Assembly: GCA_030704615.1 (NCBI GenBank)
Contig: CM060733.1
Span: 40,238,001 to 40,302,000 of the forward strand
Source: Takakia lepidozioides
Lineage: Eukaryota > Plantae > Bryophyta
Direction of reading: 5' to 3'
DNA length: 64,000 nt
Positions 61,542-64,000 of the stretch are shown here, piece by piece (position 1 is the stretch's first letter; each line of letters begins with the position of its first letter). A program made the translations under genes and the position numbers. Under the pieces are notes generated by a model, which saw nothing but the letters and a program-made list of their open reading frames with translations, was not told where the DNA came from and searched no databases.

Positions 61542-62261
61542 CCGGTCATGAACATGTCCCTAATCCCCTCTCCACAAGGTAACCGGGTAGAGAACCTGTT
61601 GCGGCTTATGGTTTGGAATACTAAGTTCCTAACATAGCCTACACCTGTACCTGCATCCACCACAAGCACTCCTATGGTTGGCTGGTCATCACTTCCAACC
61701 TCACCACAGGAGAAACAATGATGGTCTGGCTGGTCATCATCCCAGCCTCACCATCGACAACATGCTCCAGGACTGGCCGGTGATCAAATCCGGACCAATC
61801 ACCTATAAAAACAAGCACCCACACAAAACTAGCATGGCGCACAGTCAAGCAAGCAGGTATGGAGGGGATCCAAACACAAGAAATCAGAACGACAACTCCC
61901 CCACACCAAAAACAACTCCACGGTGTTGCTCCTGCAAGGACACCCCAACTTTAACCCAGACTGACTCTTGCCTCCACCTACGGAAAGGTCTTGGCCTAAT
62001 GAGAGGGTGGAAACTACGAGGAAGAGAAGCTAAAGCAATGCCTAACCCCAGCATGCCCTCATCCCAACACTCTTCCTCTCCTCTCTTCCCTCACTTGCAT
62101 GACCATGGGAATATCATGAAGATACTCCTCAAACCGCCCTCCATGAGCTTCAAAATTCGGCCTTCAAGACCACATGCCAGTCCTTAGGCAGTCCACCAGT
62201 GCCTCCACGAGTCAGCACAGGTTGTCCACAGGTCAACACGGGCCACCACAGACCAGCACAG

Positions 62262-63270
62262 GCCCACACAGCTCACTGGTCACAGCCATCACAGCCCCAC
62301 ACATGCCACAGCCTATCACAGCCCTACACAGGTCACAGGGTCACAGCCCCACAGGCCGTAGCCTGTCACAGCCCCAAAGGCCACATGTCACAGCCTGTCA
62401 CAGCCCATCACAACCCCAAAGGCCACAGGCACAGCCTGTCACAGCCCTACAAAGGTCACAGGGTCACAGCCTCAAAGGCCACAGCCTGTCACAGCCCCTC
62501 ACAGCCCCATAGGCCACAGGGCACAGCCCGCCACAGCCCCCACGGCCACAGGTCACAGCCTGTCACAGCCTCCACGGCCACAAGTCACAGCCTGTCACAG
62601 CCTATCACAACCCCAAAGGCCACAGGCACAGCCTGTCACAGCCCTACAAATGTCACAGGGTCACAGCCCCAAAGGCCACAGCCCGCCACAGCCCCTCATA
62701 GCCCCATAGGCCACAGGGCACAGTCTGTCACAGCCTGCCACAGCCCCTCACAGCCCCATAGGCCACAGGGCACAGTCTGTCACAGCCCGCCACAGCCCCT
62801 CATAGCCCGTCACAGCCCCATAGGCCACAGGGCACAACCTGTCCCAGCCTACCACAGCTTGTCACAGCCCCTCACAGCCCGTCAGAGCCCCACAGGCCAC
62901 ATGGCACAGCCTGTCACAGCCCTACATAGGTCACAGGGGTCACAGCCCCAAAGGCCACAGCCCCTCACAGCCCGTCTTAGCCCCACAGGCCACAGGGCAC
63001 AGCCTGTCACAGCCCCTCACAGCCCATCACAGCGTGTCACAACCCGTCACAGCCCCACAGGCCACAGGCCATAGCCCACCACATCCTGTCACAGCCCATC
63101 ACAGCCTGTCACAGCCCGCCACAGCCCATCACAGCCCATCACAGCCTGTCACAGCTCGCCACAGCCTGTCACAGCCCGTCACAGCCCCACAGGCCATAGG
63201 GCACAGCCTGTCACAGCCCCACAGGCCACAGGGCACAGCCCCTCAAAGGCCATCACAGCCCCACAGGCCA
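62262..63270 (-). repeat. CACAG/CTGTG minisatellite in the leader of copy 2
   Basis: Same units as 186-1175 on the opposite strand, differently ordered. Confidence 0.95.
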
Positions 63271-63709
63271 CTCATGGCAGTTTAGCCATTTCTCCAAGGG
63301 GTTTAGCCACGCCAAGCTAGGGTTTGTGTCTCTTGGACTCTAGGCTTCTTTGCACCGAGCTATGGCGGTTGTGAAGAAATCAGCAAGGTATTCTTGCTCT
63401 TTCGGCTCCCACACACCACCAATAGTAGCCGTGAGCCATGAGGAAGATGGTTGCACAAACCAAGCCTTCTTTCTCACTTAGCCTCCCCAAACACGCCACT
63501 AAACTCAATGGCAAACAACCAAGCCTTGCTGGTTTCCAGCCCTTGTGAGCACTCATTCAAGCGTTTTCCTTGGCCATAACATCTGTTTTAGAGCCTATTC
63601 TAGCCCCCTACATCTGCCACTCCAAGAGCCATGCTCTATCTGGGCTTGAGGTTGAAACCCCAACGAAGAACATGCTCTACAAGTGTCGGACTGTCACATA
63701 AGAGCAGAT

Positions 63710-63983
63710 CAGCCCCTTACCTTCTCTTCTAGTTCTCTAAAGCTTGAAAACAAAAGCCCAATGGACTGAAGGCATGCTCCACACATGCCCCACTCTCACT
63801 GCAAGAGAAACAGCCCCTTTGCTTCCTTTCTTGCACCCACCAACCTGAAAATACAAGCTTCAGCGGGCTGGAAGCATGCTCCACACATGCCCTACAGGGA
63901 AACCAGCCCCTTCCTTCTTTTCTTGCACTCCCAAACTTGAAAGTACAAGCCTTTAACAGGCCGAAAGCATACTCCACACATGC
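63710..63983. repeat. Three diverged ~95-100 bp tandem units
   Basis: CAGCCCCTT...GCAT(G/A)CTCCACACATGC repeated three times. Confidence 0.75.
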
Positions 63984-64000
63984 ATTGCCCTCACATAAGG

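Larger units (their letters stand above)
55145..64000 (-). mobile_element. Ty3/Gypsy-like DNMT/PHD retroelement copy 2, inverted relative to copy 1; 5' end not seen in window
   Basis: Reverse-complement collinear with 1-8289; single A at 55145-55309 after the PPT (55310-55322); extent beyond 63455 inferred. Confidence 0.9.

Overview
Eukaryotic nuclear DNA from a seed-free land plant (spliceosomal introns, plant-type genes, and an IFT22 flagellar-transport gene). A compact gene block (GALK+, F-box-, HIT4-like+, VIR3-like-, MVK+, RPS14-, IFT22+) lies among TE debris. It is bracketed by two inverted, frameshifted copies of a Ty3/Gypsy-type retroelement (1-8796 +, 55145->64000 -) with the order gag - protease - C5 cytosine DNA methyltransferase - (RT/RNase H deleted) - DDE integrase - PHD finger. 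A non-autonomous relative (31388-34406) and a solo remnant (11163-11346) show the family's terminal structure. It is not LTR-internal-LTR but B-internal-PPT-A-B-A, with a palindromic GACA-GC-TGTC A|B joint, a CA-AT-TG B|A joint, a short target duplication and a self-complementary (tRNA-independent) primer site. This is the layout of a 2-LTR circle opened inside an LTR, and is the best candidate here for an undescribed system. Other highlights: a tandem pair of probably mutually exclusive 83-nt exons encoding the GALK ATP-binding loop, a ~6 kb old inverted duplication containing a hAT excision footprint, and host-gene fragments (MAD1-like) captured in the non-autonomous element. All calls were made by eye without database searches, and boundaries of degenerate features are approximate.
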